From an uncultured virus (IMG/VR IMGVR_UViG_3300033112_000355) (lineage: Duplodnaviria; Heunggongvirae; Uroviricota; Caudoviricetes), in IMG/VR virus record IMGVR_UViG_3300033112_000355: 64,000 nt of DNA; one strand, 5' to 3'. The translations under genes were made by a program, and so were the position numbers. Positions 18,430-26,162 of this stretch are shown in pieces. The number at the start of each line of letters is the position of its first letter. Within the stretch, counting starts at the first letter, position 1. The notes under the pieces were generated by a model. The model was given only the letters and a program-made list of their open reading frames with translations. It had not been told where the DNA came from and ran no database searches.

Positions 18430-18490
18430 CAGCATTTAATTCACGAGACTTAATCACCACTAAAGTCTCACCCATACATCAAATCAAACC

Positions 18491-18757
18491 ATGCTTAATT
18501 CATTTCGACTCGGTCAAAACAAATTTCTCACGTTGGATTCGTATCGTGAGGAAGATTACAACACAAACAGCATGAAACTTCACCACTATTTCTTATCAGT
18601 CATTGCTGGTATTGGGGTGGGCACATTACTAACAATTGCAGCTCAAAAAGAGATCAACAAAAGGGTAGAGACTAGGTGCTATGGTCCAGCGGATCAGATT
18701 GTATCTATCCGTTCTTTCATGGGCACTGTTAAGTTCTGCGTTAAGGGGACCAACTGA
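18491..18757 (+). CDS. Small membrane protein
   Basis: TM helix SVIAGIGVGTLLTIAA. Confidence 0.5.
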   Translation: MLNSFRLGQNKFLTLDSYREEDYNTNSMKLHHYFLSVIAGIGVGTLLTIAAQKEINKRVETRCYGPADQIVSIRSFMGTVKFCVKGTN

Positions 18758-19044
18758 TGAACCGAATTGAACGCATCAAATCCCTGATCAATGAAGCTGG
18801 GTCACGGTATGTTTCTGTCACCTTCATTAAGAAGGATGGCAGTGAACGTCAGATGACATTCAATCCTAAGGATGTGAATGACATCAAGGGCACAGGTGAC
18901 ACCAGTAAAGTTGATCCAAATATCTTCCGTGTTCGTGAGAACGCCCAGCAAGCATGGAAGTCATTCGATGCACGTCGTGTGCTCAGAATCAAATCCCAAG
19001 GTAGAACAACGGAGTTCAATGATGAAGAAAACAACCCCCTATGA
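18757..19044 (+). CDS. SH3-like beta-barrel (WYL_2/DUF2693-like) protein
   Basis: VSVTFIKKDGSERQM...AWKSFD signature. Confidence 0.65.
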   Translation: MNRIERIKSLINEAGSRYVSVTFIKKDGSERQMTFNPKDVNDIKGTGDTSKVDPNIFRVRENAQQAWKSFDARRVLRIKSQGRTTEFNDEENNPL

Positions 19045-19266
19045 CTGGACGCCCTCACTGATCCTGATAGGTTGCACAGTGCTGTTCCCTGGCCCTGGCT
19101 TCCTGATCGGTGGCATTGCCTTCTGTGCCTATGTGCTGCTGAAGGCTTTGCTCTTCCCTCCTGCCGCTGATACGGAAGGGGGGAGGGATCACAAGTCTGG
19201 TGAACAGTCCAAACAGAACAGACCATTGCTTCCCAAACCAAGACCAACGATCACCCGTAACGACTC

Positions 19267-19669
19267 ATGAACAATTATTATTCACTGCTAACTGCAAAAG
19301 ACACATCATGGATGGCCGATGATGAATCACCATTCAGGTTTCCAATAAGCTTCAAGGGGATTCCGTTTGTCCACTGTGAGCTAAGGAATTTCAAGCGTAG
19401 CTCTCTGAAGAAATTAGTGAGGCCAGTGGTAGAGAATCCAAAACTATACATACCCTCTGAGACCGGAAGAAAGTGTCTAATTTTTTCAGAATGTAGTTCT
19501 AAATCGATCTCTGTGCGAGCTAAGTTCAATTGGCAGATGCAACAGTGTATCGACAAGTGGCATAAACATGCGGAAGGTTTGGGCTGTGATGACCAACGCC
19601 CTTACCTTCGTTTGTTTGACGATTCATTGGCAAGTCTTTTCCCCCGTCCACACACAGCAGGTAAATCAT
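19267..19669 (+). CDS. Hypothetical protein (truncated by gap)
   Basis: Open frame running into the N gap. Confidence 0.45.
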
Positions 19670-19769
19670 NNNNNNNNNNNNNNNNNNNNNNNNNNNNNNN
19701 NNNNNNNNNNNNNNNNNNNNNNNNNNNNNNNNNNNNNNNNNNNNNNNNNNNNNNNNNNNNNNNNNNNNN

Positions 19770-19925
19770 ATGACTGAACAAGACATCAAGATCTATCTCC
19801 GTGACACAACGTCATTAAGTGAGGATCAGTTGCAGCTTGTGGCTTACCAAATAAGGCGCAGGCTTAACTACGCTCCGATCTATGACCAAATCGATGTACT
19901 AAAAGACGAATTCATTGACTCATGA
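19770..19925 (+). CDS. Small hypothetical protein (MTEQDIKIYL...DEFIDS)
   Basis: Manual translation; ATGA-coupled to the next gene. Confidence 0.5.
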   Translation: MTEQDIKIYLRDTTSLSEDQLQLVAYQIRRRLNYAPIYDQIDVLKDEFIDS

Positions 19926-20333
19926 AATTCACTTACGACGACGGCGGGCGCAGCCGTTACTTCAGAGGTAAGACAAGTGACTGCGCCACTCGTGCCATCG
20001 CTATCACAACTGGCCGGGATTACAAAGTCATTTACGATGAGCTGCGGGAGCTAACTGGCGAGTCACCCCGTAACGGCATCGACATCAGGCAGCCTAAGTT
20101 CCGCCAGTGGCTCGCTGAGCAAGGCCTAGAATGGGTGCCGACTATGAAGGTTGGCAAGGGCTGCACGGTTCACCTGCACGCGGATGAGCTGCCATCAGGC
20201 CGGTTGATCTGCCGCTGCAGCAAGCATCTAGTTGCTGTGATCGACGGTGTGATTCATGACACCTACGACAGCAGCCGGGAAGGGAAGCGCTGCGTTTATG
20301 GCTACTGGCAACGACGAATTCATTGACTCATGA
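19905..20333 (+). repeat. 21-bp perfect direct repeats GACGAATTCATTGACTCATGA flanking one gene
   Basis: Copies at 19905-19925 and 20313-20333. Confidence 0.85.
19922..20326 (+). CDS. Papain/C39-like fold phage protein (Cys-His-Asp)
   Basis: DCATRAIA...HLVAVIDGVIHDTYD motifs. Confidence 0.55.
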   Translation: MKFTYDDGGRSRYFRGKTSDCATRAIAITTGRDYKVIYDELRELTGESPRNGIDIRQPKFRQWLAEQGLEWVPTMKVGKGCTVHLHADELPSGRLICRCSKHLVAVIDGVIHDTYDSSREGKRCVYGYWQRRIH

Positions 20334-20459
20334 CGTACAACACAAATGCAGCTAGTGAAGCTGTCATTCGTCAGCTGATGCGTGAGCGTCAGGTTGACAG
20401 GCAGACGGCTATCAAAATCTATTTGAAAGAACGTCTCGAATCCCTAAACTGATTGAACC

Positions 20460-20684
20460 ATGAACCAACAAAAGCCTCACGTGACTCACACCATTGAAGA
20501 ATTTATTGATGGAGTTTGGGTTCCTTTAGAAGTCTTTGAAGCTACAGAAGAGTTTACTTCAAAAGAATTGGCGCAGGCATCTTTGTTCAACAAGCGATCA
20601 TTAAGACTTGATGGCATGGATCTCTATCGTCAAATGCGAATCATGAAAACAATCACCTATGAAACTCAATCAAACAATGACTGA
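20460..20684 (+). CDS. Hypothetical protein
   Basis: 74 aa ORF in the early cluster. Confidence 0.45.
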   Translation: MNQQKPHVTHTIEEFIDGVWVPLEVFEATEEFTSKELAQASLFNKRSLRLDGMDLYRQMRIMKTITYETQSNND

Positions 20685-21012
20685 CACTGACCTGGATCTA
20701 GAGCGATCAATGACAGAGCAACTGCCCATTGATCGCACCATATTCAAAACAGATCGCGGCATTGTCTGCACTCCAACAGTGCGAGGCAGGGACCGTGAGT
20801 TCATCAATGACAAAGGAAAGAAGATGAATGGGGACTGTGCGTCATTCAATGGCGGCATCCTGAAGCTCTGGTGGAACGGCAAGTGGTGGGAGGTGCCATC
20901 AATGGCTGAGTTCCAGGAGTGGACGATGGATAGCGTCTGCCCCACGCCTGATGGAGAGATGGTCGAACCAGACCATGAGGATTCGTGGCTGACTTTGGCT
21001 GGGCTGGTGTGA
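20659..21012 (+). CDS. Hypothetical protein
   Basis: C-terminal DSVCPTPDGEMVEPDH..SWL motif. Confidence 0.55.
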   Translation: MKLNQTMTDTDLDLERSMTEQLPIDRTIFKTDRGIVCTPTVRGRDREFINDKGKKMNGDCASFNGGILKLWWNGKWWEVPSMAEFQEWTMDSVCPTPDGEMVEPDHEDSWLTLAGLV

Positions 21013-21198
21013 CGAGCACGAGCTAAGTGGAGCTACGGAAAGGTAGCAAGGAGAGGAGGGAATGCAATAAGGAATCAGGAGGGGCGAGAGGATACCATAC
21101 GAACAAGGCGAAGCTGTATTTGAACTTAATGCACTTGAGTGAATCCCTGTGGTGCCAATGCATCTCAGGGATTTTTGCTGTAACAATCGAGGAAATCG

Positions 21199-22066
21199 AT
21201 GCACAAATACCGATTACACCTCTGATTTAATTCACTATAGAGAAACCGTACATAAGAGGGTCTTAGGTACAGAACATGTGTCTCATGTGATCCAGCTGAG
21301 TCAATCTCATTAATCTTTTATGAGACTTAACTTCCATACCTAAGCGGTGTTTGTGTACGTTTTTCTATAGGGGGATTCGCGAAGGGGTGTAATCGGGAAT
21401 TATGCACGGATAAATTTCCGACTATGAGCGACCGCAAGGGATCTCAGCTAAGGTGTAATCGGAAAAGATGCACACCCATCCTTTCTTGAGAACACTTCTC
21501 ATTAACTAAGTAATCACCACACAGAAAAATGAATCCAATTCTTGAAATCATTTCGATCGAACCAGACCTCGTCGAGAAAGACGGGACGACTCATTACATC
21601 GCCACGGCAGTGCTCCAGGATGTCTACGAAGTCCCGACGGGCCGGTTAGATCCACCGGAGTGGAAGCCGGGGCAATGCTCCACAGCATTCGCGATCGATC
21701 CAATGGAAGAGCATCCCCCGCTCACTGGCTCGGCCCAGGAGCAGCTCAGCTATGTCGAGAGCCTGCACGTGACATGGGTAACGGATGACGATGATGCGCG
21801 TCTGATCTAACCCGGACTAAGCAGTGGACTAACCCTGACCCAACGGGGTGAGAATCATTCTCATTTCTATGTACCAACACAGCACCACCCCCTACCTACC
21901 AATGAACCAGCCCCAGATCATCTCCTTACATGCTCCAGTAATGCACAAAACTCGATTACAACTACCACGATCTCACTTATCCACAACAAAAACATACACA
22001 TCTACCCCTTGTGTACGTTTCTTTAGTTCCAAGATAAATCATAGGTGTAATCGGTTTTTATGTACA
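21199..22066. repeat. Cluster of GGTGTAATCGG-N5-RTGYAC sites in two inverted pairs plus one extra site (candidate origin)
   Basis: Cores at 21210-21220(-), 21386(+), 21452(+), 21952-21962(-, variant), 22044(+); TTATCCACA at 21977. Confidence 0.75.
21529..21810 (+). CDS. Acidic hypothetical protein
   Basis: 93 aa, LDPPEWKPG motif. Confidence 0.55.
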   Translation: MNPILEIISIEPDLVEKDGTTHYIATAVLQDVYEVPTGRLDPPEWKPGQCSTAFAIDPMEEHPPLTGSAQEQLSYVESLHVTWVTDDDDARLI

Positions 22067-22094
22067 CTTACTCCATCAACCTCCACCCACACCC

Positions 22095-22367
22095 ATGACT
22101 GACAAGTACACAGCCAGATGGAATCTACAGATGATGGAAAAGTATCCAAACTGGTATGACCATCTCGATAAAGTAGATGCAGCCATCAAAGAGCAGGATC
22201 GGATCATCAAAGTCCGCCTCGCTGCTGGATGGGAACTAGACGAAGGGGGATGGATGGCTCCTGACCCCGACAACGAAGGACAACTCATCCCTGAATACGA
22301 ATGGATCGATCACGGGCTACTTCCCCCAGAGGAGACATGCGATTCTCAGGAGAAGGATGCACCCTGA
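22095..22367 (+). CDS. Hypothetical protein
   Basis: 90 aa ORF. Confidence 0.5.
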   Translation: MTDKYTARWNLQMMEKYPNWYDHLDKVDAAIKEQDRIIKVRLAAGWELDEGGWMAPDPDNEGQLIPEYEWIDHGLLPPEETCDSQEKDAP

Positions 22368-22571
22368 ACTACACCATGGAGCTATCACCACAGCTCCAGA
22401 AAAACATCGCTGTCACATTCGACACAGTCCAATCCTTCTATGACTGGCTGAATGATGACTGGCTTCACCTACGGCTGACTCACACAGCCTGGATCACCCG
22501 CATCGATATGGGAATCACAGTTCTCTATCCTTGCAACAACACCAAATTCAAATCCATCGAATTATCTGATC

Positions 22572-23072
22572 ATGACAACCAAGAACGAGACCAAGACGAG
22601 CGGAAGAAACCGCCGTACTAATGAGGAGCGGGAGGAGCACATCGCATTCGCCAAGCGGATGCTTGATCTCAATGTCCCCTCCTATGCAATCGCACTGCAA
22701 ATGCAGAAGCGCTTCTCCCTTTGCCGGAGCAGCGCCTTCAGAGACATCGCAGTCGCCAACAACGAGAGAGCAAACAAGGATGAGGGTGGGATCAAGGCAA
22801 CGCCTCCGGTCATGGAGATGCGTGATGTGTTGATCAACATCCTGTTCCAGTCAGTCCTTGATGCCTCTAGTGATAACGATGCCAAGTCATTGCCTCGTCT
22901 CACCAAAGAGATCAGGGAGCTGATGAAGCTCGGCGGTCCCGGCATCGGTCGCCACCCGGAGGCCGGGCCGGACAATGAAGAGCAGCTGCTTTCTCAGATC
23001 CAGTACATGTACAACCGTCGCATGGAGAAGGAGAAAGAACAGCAGGCCGCCGAAGGCCAGGGCCACTCCTGA
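22572..23072 (+). CDS. Probable HTH DNA-binding protein
   Basis: AIALQMQKRFSLCRSSAFRDIA helix-turn-helix-like segment. Confidence 0.5.
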   Translation: MTTKNETKTSGRNRRTNEEREEHIAFAKRMLDLNVPSYAIALQMQKRFSLCRSSAFRDIAVANNERANKDEGGIKATPPVMEMRDVLINILFQSVLDASSDNDAKSLPRLTKEIRELMKLGGPGIGRHPEAGPDNEEQLLSQIQYMYNRRMEKEKEQQAAEGQGHS

Positions 23073-23084
23073 CCAGACCACCCA

Positions 23085-23120
23085 CCAGTCCCGTAAATTT
23101 ATGGGACTGGCCCCCTTTTT
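23085..23120 (+). terminator. Intrinsic terminator-like hairpin
   Basis: CCAGTCCCGTAA/TTATGGGACTGG followed by CCCCCTTTTT. Confidence 0.55.
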
Positions 23121-23136
23121 CATCCCATAAAAACCA

Positions 23137-23595
23137 ATGCCTTACACTGCCTTCAGCGCTCTCAAGAGTGACTCAATCAAATGTGATCTTTACGATGTTC
23201 ACACTCTCATCTTTGATGAGATGCAGATGAACTATGACGCACTGGATGGGCTTTCCAAAAAACTAGCTGCGGAAAGGGATCCCGAAGTTTTCAGTTCTTT
23301 ACAACAGGAGTATAGTCGCATCCTGCACATGATCCAAGGCTTAAAATCTCTCTGGTCCAAAGTAAATGCTCGACTCGATGAGTACCGCTCTCTCGCTAAC
23401 ACCACACCAACGGAATCTATTAAGGTACATTCAATATCACCAGAAGAAATATCCAACAGCACCGTGCTTCATACCACGACAAAGTTACTGCCGGAAGAGA
23501 TTAATGCACCAGCTGGAAGTGATGGAGACGAAGAAATTAATAAGGGTGAAAAGAAACGGGGAAAATTATATGCGGTGGGAGGTGAGTCTGTATAA
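23137..23595 (+). CDS. Coiled-coil hypothetical protein
   Basis: Helical N-terminal ~85 aa; C-terminal part overlaps another frame. Confidence 0.45.
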   Translation: MPYTAFSALKSDSIKCDLYDVHTLIFDEMQMNYDALDGLSKKLAAERDPEVFSSLQQEYSRILHMIQGLKSLWSKVNARLDEYRSLANTTPTESIKVHSISPEEISNSTVLHTTTKLLPEEINAPAGSDGDEEINKGEKKRGKLYAVGGESV

Positions 23596-23614
23596 ACCTA
23601 TGGGCAGACTCTGA
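23378..23614 (+). CDS. LexA-like winged-helix protein
   Basis: LTPHQRNLLRYIQYHQKKYP...LEVMETKKLIRV resembles the LexA DNA-binding domain. Confidence 0.5.
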   Translation: MSTALSLTPHQRNLLRYIQYHQKKYPTAPCFIPRQSYCRKRLMHQLEVMETKKLIRVKRNGENYMRWEVSLYKPMGRL

Positions 23615-23632
23615 GTCATCGGCTATTCCCCA

Positions 23633-23777
23633 TCAGGCATTCACTTCTGTATGCAAATAAATTTCTTCAGCGGTGTATTTATTTGCGTATTGGAGGCTCC
23701 CTTAAATCTTACTGCACTAAGATTTAATCCTATTTCTGGAGTCATGAGGCCAGGAAGAGAAGTGATGTAAGTCCTGA
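23633..23777 (+). ncRNA. Unclassified multi-branch structured RNA
   Basis: TCAGG/CCTGA and TCACTTCT/AGAAGTGA enclose hairpins TATGCAAATAAAT/ATTTATTTGCGTA, TAAATCTTA/TAAGATTTA and TTCTGG/CCAGGA. Confidence 0.5.
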
Positions 23778-23791
23778 ACACCTTCGCAATC

Positions 23792-23818
23792 ATCCCTGCA
23801 CATGCGGGGATTTTTTAT
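23792..23818 (+). terminator. Intrinsic terminator
   Basis: ATCCCTGCA-CA-TGCGGGGAT followed by a T run. Confidence 0.65.
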
Positions 23819-23926
23819 TGCTTGTAAATCTTAAGTAACAATAAAGAATAATTTGTTCTGTCATCATTCCCTGAATGTTAAGTGACACTTAATCGAATGC
23901 AGAGTATCTTTGCTTTGTCCGAATCA

Positions 23927-23984
23927 GCTAGGCATCCGGTAGGTAACGCCGCCTCCAGGAGACACCGAAAGTGTAAGTCCTAGC
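23927..23984 (+). ncRNA. Small structured RNA immediately 5' of tRNA-Leu
   Basis: GCTAGG/CCTAGC closing stem with internal hairpins; candidate promoter GTGACA-17-TATCTT at 23882-23910. Confidence 0.4.
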
Positions 23985-23986
23985 CA

Positions 23987-24075
23987 GGGAGCGTGCTGGA
24001 ATTGGTAGACAGAACGGACTTAAAATCCGTCGAGCTGTAAAGCTCATGCGGGTTCAAGTCCCGCCGCTCCTACCA
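23987..24075 (+). tRNA. trnL-UAA: tRNA-Leu(UAA), long variable arm, CCA encoded
   Basis: GGGAGCG/CGCTCCT acceptor, ACGGA-CTTAAAA-TCCGT anticodon arm, GCGGG-TTCAAGT-CCCGC T-arm. Confidence 0.96.
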
Positions 24076-24090
24076 ACTACTTCAATCACT

Positions 24091-24300
24091 ATGGAACTCA
24101 CTGAATCAACTCGGCCAACAAAGAGCGTCAGCCTCGTCGACCTTTGCACCCTTAGTTCATCACCTGATTATGTAGAGGCAACAGAATGGACCAATGGGGA
24201 AGGCATTGACTTCTATGTAGACAGCAGAGGAGGGAAAGAAAAGTTTTCTCTCACATACGGTGAAGCTAAAGCTGTAACCCTTCTCACAACTCTTTTCTGA
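24091..24300 (+). CDS. Hypothetical phage protein
   Basis: YVEATEWTNGEGIDF motif. Confidence 0.55.
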   Translation: MELTESTRPTKSVSLVDLCTLSSSPDYVEATEWTNGEGIDFYVDSRGGKEKFSLTYGEAKAVTLLTTLF

Positions 24301-24322
24301 TCTCCTTCATCAATTCAATCCA

Positions 24323-24622
24323 ATGCCTAGAAAGAAACAGCCTTACAATCGATTCAAACCTGGCGACAGAGTCGTAAAGAAATCAAACATGACTGTCATC
24401 GGCAAGTCGATTGGTTTAGTCGAGAGAAGACTACCAAGAATTGTTCATGGTGAAGTGCTAGAAGTTTTTCTTATGAAAAACAAGAGGGGAGCCTTTCATC
24501 CTTATTGCAAAGTTAAATGGGATGGACAATCAGGTATTGATACAGCAGCAGCCAATCGTCTATGGCCTGAAGATGAAAAAGATAAAATGGTTGCAAGTCA
24601 AGTTGAATCTATCGGAGCATAA
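24323..24622 (+). CDS. SH3/KOW-like small protein
   Basis: FKPGDRVVK...GEVLEV...CKVKWDG. Confidence 0.5.
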   Translation: MPRKKQPYNRFKPGDRVVKKSNMTVIGKSIGLVERRLPRIVHGEVLEVFLMKNKRGAFHPYCKVKWDGQSGIDTAAANRLWPEDEKDKMVASQVESIGA

Positions 24623-24624
24623 TA

Positions 24625-24966
24625 ATGAATAGCATAAAGCATAAAGCAAAGAATTTTCATTGTCCAAAGTGTAGTTGTTTAACAATTGTAACGTCTAGCA
24701 AGAGCACTTTCTCTCTTGGTCATCTTCGTTATCGTGAATGTAAATATTGTTCTTATTCTTTTAAGACTTTAGAAAACAATTCTTTAGAAACAATTTATCC
24801 AGGCATTAGAAAAAAGTCAGTTCGTTTTACACCCAAGGATATTAAACGAATAAGATTTTTATCTAAACATGGTATGACTCTTAAAACAATTGCACTTAAA
24901 TTTGATTGTTCTTATACAACTGTACAACGTGTTGTAAATCTAAAGGTACATAAGAATGTAACTTAA
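24625..24966 (+). CDS. Zinc-ribbon (NrdR-N/Ogr-like) plus HTH protein
   Basis: CPKC...RYRECKYCSYSFKTLE, then GMTLKTIALKFDCSYTTVQRV. Confidence 0.65.
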   Translation: MNSIKHKAKNFHCPKCSCLTIVTSSKSTFSLGHLRYRECKYCSYSFKTLENNSLETIYPGIRKKSVRFTPKDIKRIRFLSKHGMTLKTIALKFDCSYTTVQRVVNLKVHKNVT

Positions 24967-24968
24967 CA

Positions 24969-25208
24969 ATGAAAGATTCTATTCAGCAAAAGCTCGCACT
25001 CTGTCCTAGCTGTGGGGAAAAATCTTTTAGAATTATTTGCACAGCTAAGATTACACACGCCACTCGCAGACGTTATGTCTGTGACCATTGTAAGTTTCGG
25101 GAATCCAAATATGAATTGGATGAAGAGACTTATGAAAAGTGGAAGAGGTATGAGTATGTTCTCAGTAAGATCAAAGAACTTGTTTTATTTCTAAAACTCA
25201 AGCATTAA
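24969..25208 (+). CDS. Zinc-ribbon protein
   Basis: CPSC...RRRYVCDHCKFRESKYE. Confidence 0.6.
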   Translation: MKDSIQQKLALCPSCGEKSFRIICTAKITHATRRRYVCDHCKFRESKYELDEETYEKWKRYEYVLSKIKELVLFLKLKH

Positions 25209-25213
25209 TTTCA

Positions 25214-25504
25214 ATGACCACAAGAAAGTTCTACCCTGCTCCTGCTTGTCCCAAATGTGGAAAGCAGGGTGCTGGTTGTTCTCACGTAAAGAACACAGCT
25301 TATACAGATAATGAAATCATTCGTTATCGAGAGTGTGACTTTTGCGGATGGAAGTGGTGGACAAGACAACCAGAAGAAACCAGTATTGATCCATTGGATC
25401 ATCGAGTAGTTATTCCTGACTACAAAAACATCCCTCGCAATCAAAAACGTGTCTACAAAATCGAACCAATCTTTCAACAACTCCCTCAGAATCAAGAGAT
25501 ATAA
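25214..25504 (+). CDS. Zinc-ribbon (NrdR-N-like) protein
   Basis: CPKC...IIRYRECDFCGWKWWT. Confidence 0.6.
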   Translation: MTTRKFYPAPACPKCGKQGAGCSHVKNTAYTDNEIIRYRECDFCGWKWWTRQPEETSIDPLDHRVVIPDYKNIPRNQKRVYKIEPIFQQLPQNQEI

Positions 25505-25514
25505 TTCACTTCTT

Positions 25515-25838
25515 ATGCTTACGTGTGCTTACTGCGGCAACCAATTTCAACGTCATCGTGGCCGTGAAGCATTCAGGATAAAGCATAAAAAACAAGGCCC
25601 CTTTTGCAGCAAATCTTGTGCTGCTAATGGGACCTCTAAGTTTGCCAAAGGCGAAAAAAATTTAGCTAATATTTTAAATGAAAAAGCTGTAATGAAGATT
25701 CGTCACATGAGAGAAAGAGGTTACAAAGTATCTGAACTTACAAGGATGACTGGTATGTCAGAGCAGTGCATCAGATCGATTGTAAATTACAAAAGCTGGA
25801 CACATCTTCCAAGAGTATCAAAAGATTTCTTGACCTGA
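25515..25838 (+). CDS. Zn-finger plus HTH protein resembling the DNA-binding parts of HNH homing endonucleases
   Basis: CAYC...FCSKSC; GEKNLANILNE...IVNYKSWTH. Confidence 0.55.
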   Translation: MLTCAYCGNQFQRHRGREAFRIKHKKQGPFCSKSCAANGTSKFAKGEKNLANILNEKAVMKIRHMRERGYKVSELTRMTGMSEQCIRSIVNYKSWTHLPRVSKDFLT

Positions 25839-25979
25839 CAGGTTTGCCTGGTCCAGCTTCTTTTCAAACTCTTTCTTATTGTCACTCTTGATTTGCTTCA
25901 GCAAATACTTCAGAGTGATGGACTCTGACTTGTAAGCAATGCCCCTGTACTTGAGCAAAGTCTTGGTGTTTGTTGTCAT
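25818..25979 (-). CDS. YRG-motif (DUF4278-like) small peptide, 53 aa (not in ORF track)
   Basis: MTTNTKTLLKYRGIAYKSES...; GAGGA SD; lies behind a Downstream-peptide RNA. Confidence 0.75.
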   Translation of the reverse strand: MTTNTKTLLKYRGIAYKSESITLKYLLKQIKSDNKKEFEKKLDQANLSGQEIF

Positions 25980-25997
25980 GATTAGTTCCTCGTCAAA

Positions 25998-26054
25998 ACC
26001 TCAGGATCCGTTCCACCCCTGAGTTAATGCGCCAGTAGATCACTGGTGAACGTG
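25998..26054 (-). ncRNA. Glutamine-II (Downstream-peptide) riboswitch
   Basis: Minus strand CGTTCA-CCAGT gatct ACTGG-CGCA-TTAA-CTCAGG-GGTGGAACGGAT-CCTGAG; CGTTC/GAACG pseudoknot; YRG ORF downstream. Confidence 0.8.
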
Positions 26055-26059
26055 CTTAC

Positions 26060-26088
26060 ATTATAGAGCATGTGTATCTATTGTTACA
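26060..26088 (-). promoter_or_regulatory. Promoter with TATAAT -10 and an overlapping NtcA box
   Basis: TGTA-ACAATAGA-TACA (GTA-N8-TAC at 26074-26087), 8 bp upstream of TATAAT (26060-26065). Confidence 0.75.
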
Positions 26089-26162
26089 AAGAATTCTTAT
26101 TTCAAAACCCTGTTGCACTTTTTTTCTAACCAGCTAATCTACGCCTGTCGCTCACCGACAAA

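Noticed and set aside
18754..18760. CTGATGA as another hammerhead core
   Set aside because: It is a TGATG stop/start overlap without flanking stems or a matching GAAA
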